A stretch of 47,294 nucleotides of DNA from Desulfobacteraceae bacterium (GCA_027858815.1 JAQIBZ010000214.1:1-47294), one strand, 5' to 3'; positions 36,039 to 45,820 are shown, counted from the first letter of the stretch. A program made the numbers and translations. Notes: generated by a model from the letters alone, not told the origin.

Positions 36039-39000
36039 CTATTTAATCGCAATCGGTCCCTGATTCAAGGCAGACCTGAGCAGTTGTCCTGTTTCCTTGA
36101 TCCATGCGTCAATATCATCATCTGTTTTAAGGGTTCGCCGGGGAACTTTGACGAATTTAACTTCCGGCTCCATTAAAACGGCGGCGGCTTCAATGACTTT
36201 GTCAAACCGGGAGGACATGGCCGCCACCCGATCAATTAACATAGGCAACGGGAATTTTCGTAATGTGACCAGTACATCATTTGTGGTCTGTACATTTATC
36301 TCCGGTTTTGTTTTTTCCGTCAGCATTTGTTCTGACAGGAGATGATTGCGTTGCTCCGGTTCCAGTTGTTTCCAGTTGTCATCTTCTCTTAACCGGTTCA
36401 TACCGTTTTCGTGATTTTTCTGATATTGCGCGTCCAGATCATTTAGCGCGTCGCGCAGGGTCTGGGTCACATTTAAGATCAAGGGCGACACCGGGTCCGG
36501 ATCGGACAGCAACAGGCGCTGTTCTTCAACTTTGGCCACCTGGGCGGAATAGACGTCCCCATCTTTTAATTCCCGGGCCTGGGTAAGCAGCGCTTTGAGG
36601 GTTTCCCATGCCGGGAGGCGTTTTTCAATGCGGTCTGCCAAATCTTTCCATTGATCAATGGCCCGGAAAAATTCATCGCGCTGGGTATAAATCGCCAGTA
36701 ACTGTTCGTTGCCGGCCAGCAGGCGGATTTCATTTAATGCGGACGTATCCGGCAAAACGGGTTTGGGCGCATCACCCCCGGCACACGATGCCAGATTCAA
36801 CAGTTTATCAATAAATTGCGGGGCCATGATGAGTTCTTCCCCGGATTTGGCCTGGCAGCCGATTTTTTGCATGACTTTACGGATCTGAATGCGCTGGGCC
36901 GTTGTCACGGTGGTCGCCTCAATTTTATACAGGGCTTTTCCCATGGCTTTGCGTTCCAGCTCACGCGGATCAACGGGCTTGCCATGATCGTCCGCGGCGC
37001 GAATCAGGCCGGCCACCAGAAGCACCTGCAGCCCGCCGTCCACCGCATCCCGGGACCACCCAAAGGGCGGGGTTTCAAAGTGCTGACGGAGTTCCGCCCC
37101 TTTTTTCCCGCTGCCGATAGCACCCATAATGGCTTTACACACCGGGTTATTGGAAGCTTCATCGTCAAAACCCACTGCTTTTAAAGCATCTGGTGCACCT
37201 TTCTTAGCATTTGAATAGACTTTGTCCCATCCTTTATGGTCTGATATTTGAAATTGATCATAAAGGCGAATTAAGGCATTTTTTGCAGCTTCAAGGACCA
37301 TTTCTTGTAAGTTGTTTCCAATGATTTCATTGCCACCACCCTGAAAAACACGGGCACCTGAAAACGCTTCTCCCAAAAGTTCATTTATTTTTGCTTCTGC
37401 ACTCTGACGGGTAGTTTTCATTGCAGAACGTGCTTCCTGGCCTTCCGGAGTATTGGGCACCCCTCGAATTTCCAGAGTGGAATGAGCTGCTTTATAAACA
37501 AGCAAATTGTGCCTGAGATCATCCGCAGAACGTCTGGGTATATAGACAAACACCGTTGGCGAGTGATTCCCAGCCTGCCGGGCATCTGCGAGAACTGTAT
37601 TTTCAGGGTCACGCCAACCGTCTCTGATCCAGATATAAATTTTCTGAGTGTGATCACTCGGCAATTGTGCGTCAAAAACCGGAAAAATATCGCGACTGAC
37701 AATGGAAGTGCCCTGAGTAAGGGATAATTTTTTGACTAATATTGAAAATCCTGCACGGATGCGATCAACCCGCTCTGCCTCAATACGATGGGCTGTATTT
37801 GCCAATTGACTGCGTTGGTTTTGAAATTCATCATTCCATGCTGCGCTTTCTTCTGTCTGGATGCGGTATTCATCCCCGACTTTCATTAAAAGTTCACATT
37901 TATCAAGTAAAGCAGGAAGTTTGTTTCGCAGGTTGCTACTGCCTACTGAAAGATCATCCACCATTAAATCGGCAATAGAATCGATGGTTGCCTTGATTCC
38001 GATTTCGTTGTTTTTCCCCCCCAACTTATTGATCAGAAAAATAATCCCACATGCACGGGACGTACATCTTTCATCTGCCGTTCCGCTGACCCATTTCATG
38101 GTCTTTTCATGAATTTTTCGTGGCAGGATACGGGATTGGAGCAACTTATCCGCTGAGTCAAAATATAAATAATCCGCCGGCACGACATTTCCTAAGGGCT
38201 CATCCAGATTGCTCTGGATCACTTTATGGATCATGCTGAGCTGATTACGGAGCTGGCTTTCGGTTCCGGTTTGATCCAGCACCCGCAGCGTGTTTTCCCA
38301 AAAGCGTCGGCGGACCGGAAGAATAGGGTAATCCTTTTCAAAACAGGGAATATCATCCTGATGATGGCCGATGGTTGTGCCTGCTAAATGTCTGGAGATT
38401 TCTCCGAGATTCGTTTCCATTTTCTTTTTTATAAGCGGAATGGCTTCAGCGGTTTTGGCTAAAACGACCTTTCGGATGACAGTGTCCACATCAGTATCAG
38501 ACAATTCAATGCGGACCGTAAAACGGCCTTCAAGTTTTTTCAGATTGCGCGTCCCGGTGACGGCAGTTTGTCCGGTCCCCACAAATAAAAGTTTGCCGCC
38601 GATCTGCTTACAGCATGCTTCCACCACTTCCTGAACGGCATTGGAACGCTCAGGGTCTCCCTCTCCGATATATTGCTGCACTTCATCAAGGGCAATGAGC
38701 GATAGGGGGAACTTTCCATCACGAGTCAAGGCATCCCGAATGCTTTTAATCATTTCATCATTGCTGATATCCGAAACATTTGGATACAGACGGGTCATGA
38801 TTTCAACAGCGCTGTTATCTCGAGAAAATACTTTCGGCTTAACTACGCAAAGGGCTTCATATAAGCCTTCGGCAACATGAAAATTGTCAATTTCGGTCTG
38901 CCAGTTATATCCGTTATTTTCAACATGCTTGCAGATTTCATCATAAATGCCTTCTGATTTAAGCCACATGACAAAACGTGCTACCGGGTATTGTTCCGGC

Positions 39001-39482
39001 AGGCCGACTGATTTAAATATGATTCTTATCAATGCCAAACGCACGCTGCCACTGGCACCGGCACCCAATGTGCCGGATGCAGCATGAAGTCCGCCATGTC
39101 TTTTGCCCTGCGTGGATAGTTCTTTGAGAAGTTCTTTGATCGAATTTGGAAGGGTAGCGATTCCGCGAGCGGACGCACCGTCTTCAAATGTGGTATCTGC
39201 CCAGAGAGCACGGAGCATTTTTACAAGATGAGACTTTCCAGAACCAAAAAACCCGCTTACCCAAACACCCGGCTGTTCCGCCTGATCGATATTGCTCGAA
39301 TAAGTTTGGAGAATATGTGCCAATCCTTTTTCATATTGACCATCACAAACAAAGGTATCGAGTTCGTATCGGAGGACTGATTGGGCCTGGGTGGTCATAT
39401 CATCATTGACGTTTGCCACGCCCTGATTAATCAGTTTCTGGGTGGACGGATCTTTTAGATAAATGGCTCTGTTTTTTATCAT
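36039..39482 (-). CDS. brxC: BREX P-loop ATPase BrxC/PglY
   Basis: 1147 aa with Walker A GFFGSGKSHLVKML near residue 80. Size and position between brxB and pglX fit BrxC. Confidence 0.85.
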   Translation of the reverse strand: MIKNRAIYLKDPSTQKLINQGVANVNDDMTTQAQSVLRYELDTFVCDGQYEKGLAHILQTYSSNIDQAEQPGVWVSGFFGSGKSHLVKMLRALWADTTFEDGASARGIATLPNSIKELLKELSTQGKRHGGLHAASGTLGAGASGSVRLALIRIIFKSVGLPEQYPVARFVMWLKSEGIYDEICKHVENNGYNWQTEIDNFHVAEGLYEALCVVKPKVFSRDNSAVEIMTRLYPNVSDISNDEMIKSIRDALTRDGKFPLSLIALDEVQQYIGEGDPERSNAVQEVVEACCKQIGGKLLFVGTGQTAVTGTRNLKKLEGRFTVRIELSDTDVDTVIRKVVLAKTAEAIPLIKKKMETNLGEISRHLAGTTIGHHQDDIPCFEKDYPILPVRRRFWENTLRVLDQTGTESQLRNQLSMIHKVIQSNLDEPLGNVVPADYLYFDSADKLLQSRILPRKIHEKTMKWVSGTADERCTSRACGIIFLINKLGGKNNEIGIKATIDSIADLMVDDLSVGSSNLRNKLPALLDKCELLMKVGDEYRIQTEESAAWNDEFQNQRSQLANTAHRIEAERVDRIRAGFSILVKKLSLTQGTSIVSRDIFPVFDAQLPSDHTQKIYIWIRDGWRDPENTVLADARQAGNHSPTVFVYIPRRSADDLRHNLLVYKAAHSTLEIRGVPNTPEGQEARSAMKTTRQSAEAKINELLGEAFSGARVFQGGGNEIIGNNLQEMVLEAAKNALIRLYDQFQISDHKGWDKVYSNAKKGAPDALKAVGFDDEASNNPVCKAIMGAIGSGKKGAELRQHFETPPFGWSRDAVDGGLQVLLVAGLIRAADDHGKPVDPRELERKAMGKALYKIEATTVTTAQRIQIRKVMQKIGCQAKSGEELIMAPQFIDKLLNLASCAGGDAPKPVLPDTSALNEIRLLAGNEQLLAIYTQRDEFFRAIDQWKDLADRIEKRLPAWETLKALLTQARELKDGDVYSAQVAKVEEQRLLLSDPDPVSPLILNVTQTLRDALNDLDAQYQKNHENGMNRLREDDNWKQLEPEQRNHLLSEQMLTEKTKPEINVQTTNDVLVTLRKFPLPMLIDRVAAMSSRFDKVIEAAAVLMEPEVKFVKVPRRTLKTDDDIDAWIKETGQLLRSALNQGPIAIK

Positions 39483-39488
39483 TTTTCC

Positions 39489-40040
39489 TTAGTACTCCTT
39501 ATCCGCTGTTATCGGTACGGCCAGATAATTCCAGCCATCATAGCCATCAAGTAATCTGTAATTATTGTTTTCATAGCTGCCTGGAAAAAAGACGACTAAT
39601 TTACCTTCGACCAAAGGGGCCAGTTGATCGACCACGTCTTTGACTTTTAAAAATCCAAAAAGAGACCCAACACCTTTTACAGCAACGACTGTATTGGCAT
39701 CTGCTTTGTTTTCCATTAAAAATTCTTCAAACTGATTTGTAATGAATGCCATATAACCCGGCAGGTGCGTTGAAAGAAGTTCGGGGTTTTTAAAATAACT
39801 TTTTGCATAGGGTTCATTAGAAAGCCAATTTGCAAAGGAATCGGTTAAATCAAAAACATGCCAGTTGTGCCCGGCTGCTTTTGTCACGAGCTCAAATTCT
39901 TCGATTCTTGCCCTGAGTTTTAATTCGTCATTTTCATTATAAACACAGAAAATTACCCGCTGCATCGGTGCCGCATCACTTCTCCAGGGTATGGAGATAA
40001 ATTTGTTATATGACTGTATCAACCGTTTAATTTTGCTCAC
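39489..40040 (-). CDS. brxB: BREX protein BrxB (DUF1788)
   Basis: 183 aa with ISIPWRSDAAPMQRVIFCVYNENDELKLRARIEEFELVTKAAGHNWHVFDLTDSFANWL, the DUF1788 pattern as I remember it. It overlaps the brxA end by 14 nt. Confidence 0.8.
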   Translation of the reverse strand: MSKIKRLIQSYNKFISIPWRSDAAPMQRVIFCVYNENDELKLRARIEEFELVTKAAGHNWHVFDLTDSFANWLSNEPYAKSYFKNPELLSTHLPGYMAFITNQFEEFLMENKADANTVVAVKGVGSLFGFLKVKDVVDQLAPLVEGKLVVFFPGSYENNNYRLLDGYDGWNYLAVPITADKEY

Positions 40041-40815
40041 GTATCCAATCCATTTCCTGAGTGGTTAATAGGCTGGGAAACAACAATTCCATTACATTGC
40101 CGATGCGTTTAAACACGATCCATCCTTTTTGGGATGCGATTTCCGCCAGTTCAATGGTTCGATGTGATGGACAGTCAAGCAGGCGAGTATATTCTGAATT
40201 GAATAAAGATTCACCGCGCAACCCGGAGAGATAACCTAAAAGTAAAGCATAGGCTGCTGCGCCTGGCGTTGGAATCGCCTTTGTGCGTATTTTCTTAACC
40301 TTCCCGGTGAGATGGCCGGATTTGGTAAATGATGAATTGATATTCTGGGCAACAGATTTAAGCGTTGCTTTGCTGAAACGATCAGATTCTTTGTCGTCTA
40401 TGAATTCTTCCAATGCTTCCCGGCGGATTATGTTGCCTTCCGAAAAATTCAAAATAAAAGGCGTACTGGAACTTAAAATAGAATCCCTTGCGTAAGCACA
40501 GAGCAGTGCAATCAAAGGTCGCCCTCCTTTATCCCGTTGCCAGAAAAACCGGAGAACCCGGAACAGGGCAATTGAAGGATCTAATGCATATAAGTCTGCC
40601 AAATGCCGCGCAGTTAATTGCCTTGTTCTGACGGATCTCTTTTTCAGGCAGTTATCGTTTATGATTGAGGAAAAATATTCGTCTTTCGAAGCCGCTGGAT
40701 CGGCAACTGCATCAAAAAGCAGATCCAAGTCTTCCAGCATGATCGTGCGAGATGAGTGCGCGCCTCCCTTTGAGAAGCTAAAACCGAATTTTGATAAAAG
40801 TTCTTCTTTTTTCAC
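40027..40815 (-). CDS. brxA: BREX protein BrxA (DUF1819-like)
   Basis: 262 aa, first gene of the operon directly upstream of brxB. The assignment rests mainly on position and size; sequence recognition is weaker. Confidence 0.65.
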   Translation of the reverse strand: MKKEELLSKFGFSFSKGGAHSSRTIMLEDLDLLFDAVADPAASKDEYFSSIINDNCLKKRSVRTRQLTARHLADLYALDPSIALFRVLRFFWQRDKGGRPLIALLCAYARDSILSSSTPFILNFSEGNIIRREALEEFIDDKESDRFSKATLKSVAQNINSSFTKSGHLTGKVKKIRTKAIPTPGAAAYALLLGYLSGLRGESLFNSEYTRLLDCPSHRTIELAEIASQKGWIVFKRIGNVMELLFPSLLTTQEMDWIREQN

Positions 40816-41187
40816 TGATTTTTTTCTTAACCGTTATTGGCTGATATATTTTTAGGTTATGGTATTTAGACGATATAAAATGGTAAGGATAAAATAAATC
40901 TTTTTTATAAATGCGAACTAAAAAATGGTCTTTAGAAAATTAAAACACAACTTGCATTAAAGGATTGACCTACCATAAATATATTTTTTTAACACGATGG
41001 TAACGGATAATTATCTTTAAAAAAAACTACTTTTAAGATATACTTCCTGACAAATTTATTTTTGTTCAAAAAAGGGAAAACGATGAACCGACAGTCCCCT
41101 TACCTATACTCCCAGTTGGCACTGACGAAAAGCAGGAGTCTTATAAATTTTACGGTAATATACAAGAGAGAGGGTCTTGGGGGGGGC

Positions 41188-41331
41188 CTTGGGGTCACCC
41201 ATTAAAGGACGGGTCACCCTTGATTTTTGATTATAACAGCCAAGGTTGCTGGGGTCGGACCAAGCCAACTGCAGAATTTTAATGAATAACATCCAAAAAG
41301 CAGGCTTTTTTAACCCTATATCGCACTTTTT
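41188..41331. repeat. Direct repeat, copy 1 (partner at 47171-47294)
   Basis: 41220-41331 equals 47183-47294 with one C/T difference (41272/47235). CTTGGGGTCACC (41188-41199) also matches 47171-47182. Copy 1 has an extra 20 nt that duplicates GGGTCACC. Confidence 0.9.
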
Positions 41332-41515
41332 GCTCCCAAAAAAACGAGATATAAAAAAGGCACACCCGCCATATAAAGTACTATAATGCTCTTTTTGCCT
41401 TTAAAAAAGTCAATATAGCCTCAATTTTACTGATTATTTTAAGCGTATACGATTTAAATCCAAACAGTTAGCGTGGTCCGACCCCGATCGCACAATTTAA
41501 AATTACAAAATCAAA

Positions 41516-42367
41516 TTACTTATCTTTCTTCTTGGGTCCGGGTTTTACAAAATGGAATATGCCCCAGGCAAGATAACCCTTTTCACTGCCATCGACCCAG
41601 TGCTGGAGTCCTTTTTTCATATTTGCAATATAATCACTGCTGACTTTTTCTTTTAGTATGTCTTCCTGTTTTTCGGTTTCTTTAAGCACTCTGAAATAAT
41701 GTGTTGACAATTGTTTCAAATGGTCTTCATAGCATAGTTCTTTCATCCCCAGCTTATTGAAAGTATCACGATAAAAACCCGGTGTGCCAAGAGATTCCAG
41801 ATGAATTCTGTCATAAATCGGCTGGAGTTTATCTGACGGGCAATTATCGGCCTGCATGGGATCGGTGAAAATAAATTCTCCCCCCGGTTTTAAAACCCTG
41901 GCTACTTCTTCACATACTTTTTCCCGGTCAGAACTATGAAGAATGGCATCCTGTGACCATACAAAATCAAAACTGGCATCTTCAACAGGGATGGATTCAA
42001 AGTTTCCGTCAACGACTTTAATCAAAGACGCAAGTTCCTGCTCTTTGGTCATTTTGCGATTGCGTTCATTCTCCACAGAACTGAGATTCAGTGCTGTCAC
42101 ATGACACTTGTAGTTTTTGGCAAGAAATCTTGCCGCGCCGCCATACCCGGACCCGATATCCAGGACTTTTGAAGATGCGTCAAGGGTTTTCAGGCGAGAT
42201 GCCATTTCCTGAACAGTACGCCGGCTTGCATCAAATATCGTCTCTTTATTATCTTTATAAATACCAATATGAATATCTTCGCCGCCCCAGATTTCAAAAT
42301 AGAAATTGTCGGCATCGTTACTGTCATAATATTGCTTTGTCGTATCAACGGCTATATTTTTTGTCAT
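41516..42367 (-). CDS. Sarcosine/dimethylglycine N-methyltransferase (SDMT-type)
   Basis: 283 aa with YYDSNDADNFYFEIWGGEDIHIGIY and a class I SAM motif VLDIGSGYGGAARFLA, as in halophile SDMT enzymes. ATGA overlap with the upstream gene. Confidence 0.75.
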   Translation of the reverse strand: MTKNIAVDTTKQYYDSNDADNFYFEIWGGEDIHIGIYKDNKETIFDASRRTVQEMASRLKTLDASSKVLDIGSGYGGAARFLAKNYKCHVTALNLSSVENERNRKMTKEQELASLIKVVDGNFESIPVEDASFDFVWSQDAILHSSDREKVCEEVARVLKPGGEFIFTDPMQADNCPSDKLQPIYDRIHLESLGTPGFYRDTFNKLGMKELCYEDHLKQLSTHYFRVLKETEKQEDILKEKVSSDYIANMKKGLQHWVDGSEKGYLAWGIFHFVKPGPKKKDK

Positions 42368-43209
42368 TTATCTTCCTTTGTTTGTTCATCTAATTTATAT
42401 TCTTTTTCTGCGACATGGGTAAAAAAATCAGGCTCTCCGTCTTTATAACTTTCCTGAAAATCTCCATAAGTCTCAACACTCTGAAAACCCACTTCATGCA
42501 TGATTCTTTTAAAATAATCCTTGCGTAGCGGAAACATGTTTAAATGAAAGGTGGAATTATCCGGGAAGTCATACCTGAAACGTGTAAGTCCTTCATCCAC
42601 ATGTATCGGCGCTACTTTGATATTGTTTCCACAATAATTGTAAGCATGTTTTGAGGAGTACCCGTTATCCAGAATGGAATCATAATTTCGCTGATCAATC
42701 ACAAGGGTGCCATCATGTTTAAGCATGGCGTAAAACTCGGCCAGGGATTTTCGCCGATCCCTTTCCTTAAACAGGTGGGTGAAGGAATTACCCAGGCATA
42801 TAATTGCATCAAACTCACCATGAACATCCCGGTTGAGCCATCTCCAGTCCGCATGTACCGTGCGGAGGATGTAACCTTGTTGTTTGGCATTTTCAAAAGC
42901 CTTTGCAAGCATGGACGGGCTGCCGTCGGTACTTACTACTTCAAAGCCTGCCTTGAGAAGCCGCACGGAATGGAATCCGGTGCCGGTGGCCACATCAAGA
43001 ACCCGTCTTGCTCCTTTTTTTTTGAGGACTTCTATAAAAAAATCCCCTTCACTTTTGGCGCGGCTTTCCCAGTCTATGAGTTCGTCCCATTTATCCGCCA
43101 CACATGGAACATATTCATCCACATAATGATCTGTATTTCTGACTTTGTTTGGACTTTCACCAAATGTTTGCGCTTCCATATTCAGGTGAGCGGTTTGTAC
43201 AACAGACAT
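42364..43209 (-). CDS. Glycine/sarcosine N-methyltransferase (GSMT-type)
   Basis: SAM motif VLDVATGTGFHSVRL, then ICLGNSFTHL and VIDQRNYD (GNMT-like). ATG 43209 is preceded by GGAGGT; the track ORF starts at TTG inside the RBS. Confidence 0.75.
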   Translation of the reverse strand: MSVVQTAHLNMEAQTFGESPNKVRNTDHYVDEYVPCVADKWDELIDWESRAKSEGDFFIEVLKKKGARRVLDVATGTGFHSVRLLKAGFEVVSTDGSPSMLAKAFENAKQQGYILRTVHADWRWLNRDVHGEFDAIICLGNSFTHLFKERDRRKSLAEFYAMLKHDGTLVIDQRNYDSILDNGYSSKHAYNYCGNNIKVAPIHVDEGLTRFRYDFPDNSTFHLNMFPLRKDYFKRIMHEVGFQSVETYGDFQESYKDGEPDFFTHVAEKEYKLDEQTKEDK

Positions 43210-43243
43210 TTTTACCTCCAAATAACTTGTTTTGATGTTTCAT

Positions 43244-44245
43244 TTAAATTGCTGTTAATTGATTTTTAATAATTTCCCAGCGTTCTTCAGGGATAGATGC
43301 GCCCATGACCGAAACAACTTCCGCCCCTAAAACAGCTCCTAAATCGCCACAGACTTTTAAATCTTTTTGGCGAAGATAACCGTATAAAAAGCCTGCGGCC
43401 CAGAAATCCCCGGCCCCTGTTGTATCAACAACTTCAAGAACGGGAACGGCTTCGACTTTAACTGTCCGATTTTTGTGTTTTAAGAATGCCCCTTTTTCTC
43501 CCATTTTTAAGGCGCATACATGGCAGTATTTACCCAGCCGATCAAGGGCGGTTTCCGGATCGCTTGTGCCGGTGAAGGCCTGGGCTTCATCTTCATTCGC
43601 AAAAACAATATCAACATAGTTTTTCAAAAGATCCGGCAGAATATCTTTGCTGTTTTCAACGACCTCAAATGATGCCAGGTCCATACTGACGGTGCATCCC
43701 GCCTCCCGGGCACATTCCAGTATGTGGGTGATCAGTTCTCTGTTAAATAAAAGATACCCTTCCGTATGGAGATGGGTATATCCTTTAAAGTCTTCGGCTG
43801 TAATATCGTCAGGCGACAGTGCCATTGCTGCCCCAAGGTGGGTTCTCATGGTACGCTCGGCATCCGGTGTGATAAGACATAAAGACAGTGCTGAGGGAGC
43901 GGAAGTGTGGATTTTGAATCCGGTTACATCCCCTCCGGCTTGTTTAAACATTTCTTTATAAAACGTCCCGTTTTCATCATCGCCCATTTTTCCTAAAAAC
44001 CCTGCCGACATCCCCAGCTTTGCCAGTGTAAAAAGCGTGTTGCCGGCAGACCCGCCGGGCGCCCGGTATGTCTCTTTTCCAAGGCTTTGAAGAATGGATG
44101 AAATATCCCCGTCCGAGATCAGTTCCATTCCCCCTTTTTTCCCGTCAATCTTTTCATTAATAAAAGAATCAGCAACGTGGGCAAGACGATCAACCACCGG
44201 TGACCCAATGCCAATAATAGTCTTTTTTCCGCTATGAAAATCCAT
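43244..44245 (-). CDS. PfkB-family kinase, probable adenosine kinase
   Basis: GGSAGNT near the N-terminus and DTTGAGDFWAAGFL near the C-terminus (PfkB signatures). The adenosine kinase call is contextual, from its place in a SAM-cycle operon. Confidence 0.6.
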   Translation of the reverse strand: MDFHSGKKTIIGIGSPVVDRLAHVADSFINEKIDGKKGGMELISDGDISSILQSLGKETYRAPGGSAGNTLFTLAKLGMSAGFLGKMGDDENGTFYKEMFKQAGGDVTGFKIHTSAPSALSLCLITPDAERTMRTHLGAAMALSPDDITAEDFKGYTHLHTEGYLLFNRELITHILECAREAGCTVSMDLASFEVVENSKDILPDLLKNYVDIVFANEDEAQAFTGTSDPETALDRLGKYCHVCALKMGEKGAFLKHKNRTVKVEAVPVLEVVDTTGAGDFWAAGFLYGYLRQKDLKVCGDLGAVLGAEVVSVMGASIPEERWEIIKNQLTAI

Positions 44246-44249
44246 CTCT

Positions 44250-45455
44250 CTACCTCTTTTTTATATAGGCTGAAGCGATATTCTTCAGAACTTCAGCTTT
44301 GTCTGTCTTTTCCCAGGGAAAAATATCCCGGCCAAAATGTCCGTATGCCGCCGTGTCCTGATATGACCAGCCATTGACTGGATACTTAAGGCTTAAAGCC
44401 TCTATAAGCGCTGCGGGCCTGAAATCAAATATTTCATCTGTTTCAAGTATCTTCTGAAGCTCACTGTCATCAATTATCCCTGTATTATATGTGTTGACAT
44501 TTATGCTGACCGGCTTGGAAATACCAATGGCATAAGCAACCTGGATTTCGCAACGTTTGGCAAGGCCGGCTGCCACAATATTTTTTGCAGCGTAGCGGGA
44601 ATAATAGGCCGCAGAGCGATCGACCTTTGACGGATCCTTTCCTGAAAAAGCCCCGCCGCCGTGTGAGGCAACCCCGCCGTAAGTATCAACAATAATTTTA
44701 CGTCCTGTCAGCCCGGCATCTCCATGGGGCCCGCCAATAACAAATCGCCCGGTTGGGTTGATAAGGTATTCAGTATTGGAAGAGATAAGCCCTGTACCGT
44801 TCAGTTCATTGTTGATCACTTCAATAAAATCATCTTTAATGCGCTTATAAGACACCTCATCCGTCTGGTGGGAGATCACCACGGAAGTCACCTCCTGAGG
44901 ATCCCCATCTTCATATCTAACCGACACCTGTGCTTTGGAATCCGGTCTAAGATAATCGATCTCGCCGCTTTTTCGCAGGTCGCTGAAGGTTTTCATCAGC
45001 TTGTGGCTGTAATATATAGGAGCAGGCATAAGATCAGGCGTTGCATTTGACGCATAGCCGAACATCATCCCCTGATCCCCGGCACCCTGCTCTTCAAACA
45101 ACCCTTCTCCTTTGGAAACACCCTGGGAAATATCAGGAGATTGTTCATGAAGTCGGCAGTCAAAATCAAACGTGTCATAACAGAACTGATATTCCCGCTG
45201 GTCATACCCAATATTTTTAATCACATCTCGGGCAAGTTTTTCAGAATCAATATCCTTAAACCCTTTACAGGTGATTTCACCCATTTCCATGACATGGTTG
45301 GTGGTTGTTGTGGTCTCACAGGCCACTCTGCTCTCAGGATCGGCTTTAAGACACGCATCAAGCATGGCATCAGACAACTGATCACAAATTTTGTCCGGAT
45401 GACCTTCGCTGACTGATTCAGATGTAAAAACATGGTCCTGAAAAATTTTGCTCAT
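44250..45455 (-). CDS. metK: S-adenosylmethionine synthetase
   Basis: FTSESVSEGHPDKICDQ, GAGDQGMMFGYA and GGGAFSGKDPSKVDRS. ATG 45455 is preceded by AGGAGAG; the track ORF extends upstream to 45554. Confidence 0.95.
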   Translation of the reverse strand: MSKIFQDHVFTSESVSEGHPDKICDQLSDAMLDACLKADPESRVACETTTTTNHVMEMGEITCKGFKDIDSEKLARDVIKNIGYDQREYQFCYDTFDFDCRLHEQSPDISQGVSKGEGLFEEQGAGDQGMMFGYASNATPDLMPAPIYYSHKLMKTFSDLRKSGEIDYLRPDSKAQVSVRYEDGDPQEVTSVVISHQTDEVSYKRIKDDFIEVINNELNGTGLISSNTEYLINPTGRFVIGGPHGDAGLTGRKIIVDTYGGVASHGGGAFSGKDPSKVDRSAAYYSRYAAKNIVAAGLAKRCEIQVAYAIGISKPVSINVNTYNTGIIDDSELQKILETDEIFDFRPAALIEALSLKYPVNGWSYQDTAAYGHFGRDIFPWEKTDKAEVLKNIASAYIKKR

Positions 45456-45537
45456 TACAACTCTCCTTTTTTTTAAAAATATATAATTTAAAATTTGATT
45501 TATAATTATGTATCCCAAGTGTATCCCAATTGATAAA

Positions 45538-45553
45538 TGCAAACTGTATGCCA
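45538..45553 (-). promoter_or_regulatory. Sigma-54 (-24/-12) promoter upstream of metK operon
   Basis: The minus strand reads TGGCAT-ACAGT-TTGCA, matching TGGCAC-N5-TTGCW in sequence and spacing. It lies about 80 nt upstream of the metK ATG and faces a divergent sigma-54 activator gene. Confidence 0.7.
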
Positions 45554-45820
45554 CTCCGTAATAATATTTTTAAATATTTGAATTTATAATAAATTTTATA
45601 GATATCCATTTGCAGTATACGGTTTAAAACCATGCCCGCCATGATGGGTAGTGTATAGATTATTTACATACAATGTGTTGACATATACGGCTGTTTAAGT
45701 ATAACCAATTATAAAAACTAATCTTCTTATCTTTATCGGGAAATTCCCCTTGAAATTTATTATGTTTAAATTTTACACAGTTCCTGGTATTTTTTTAAAT
45801 AATGTAAAAAAGATGCACAT

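Noticed and set aside
41104-41292. 62-aa minus-strand ORF inside repeat copy 1.
   Set aside because: It lies within a non-coding repeat. The equivalent frame in copy 2 would run into the activator gene's 3' end, and the composition is not protein-like.
45456-45537. A SAM riboswitch was looked for in the metK leader.
   Set aside because: The leader is about 70 nt, extremely AT-rich, and lacks the paired GC-rich helices of the known SAM riboswitch classes.
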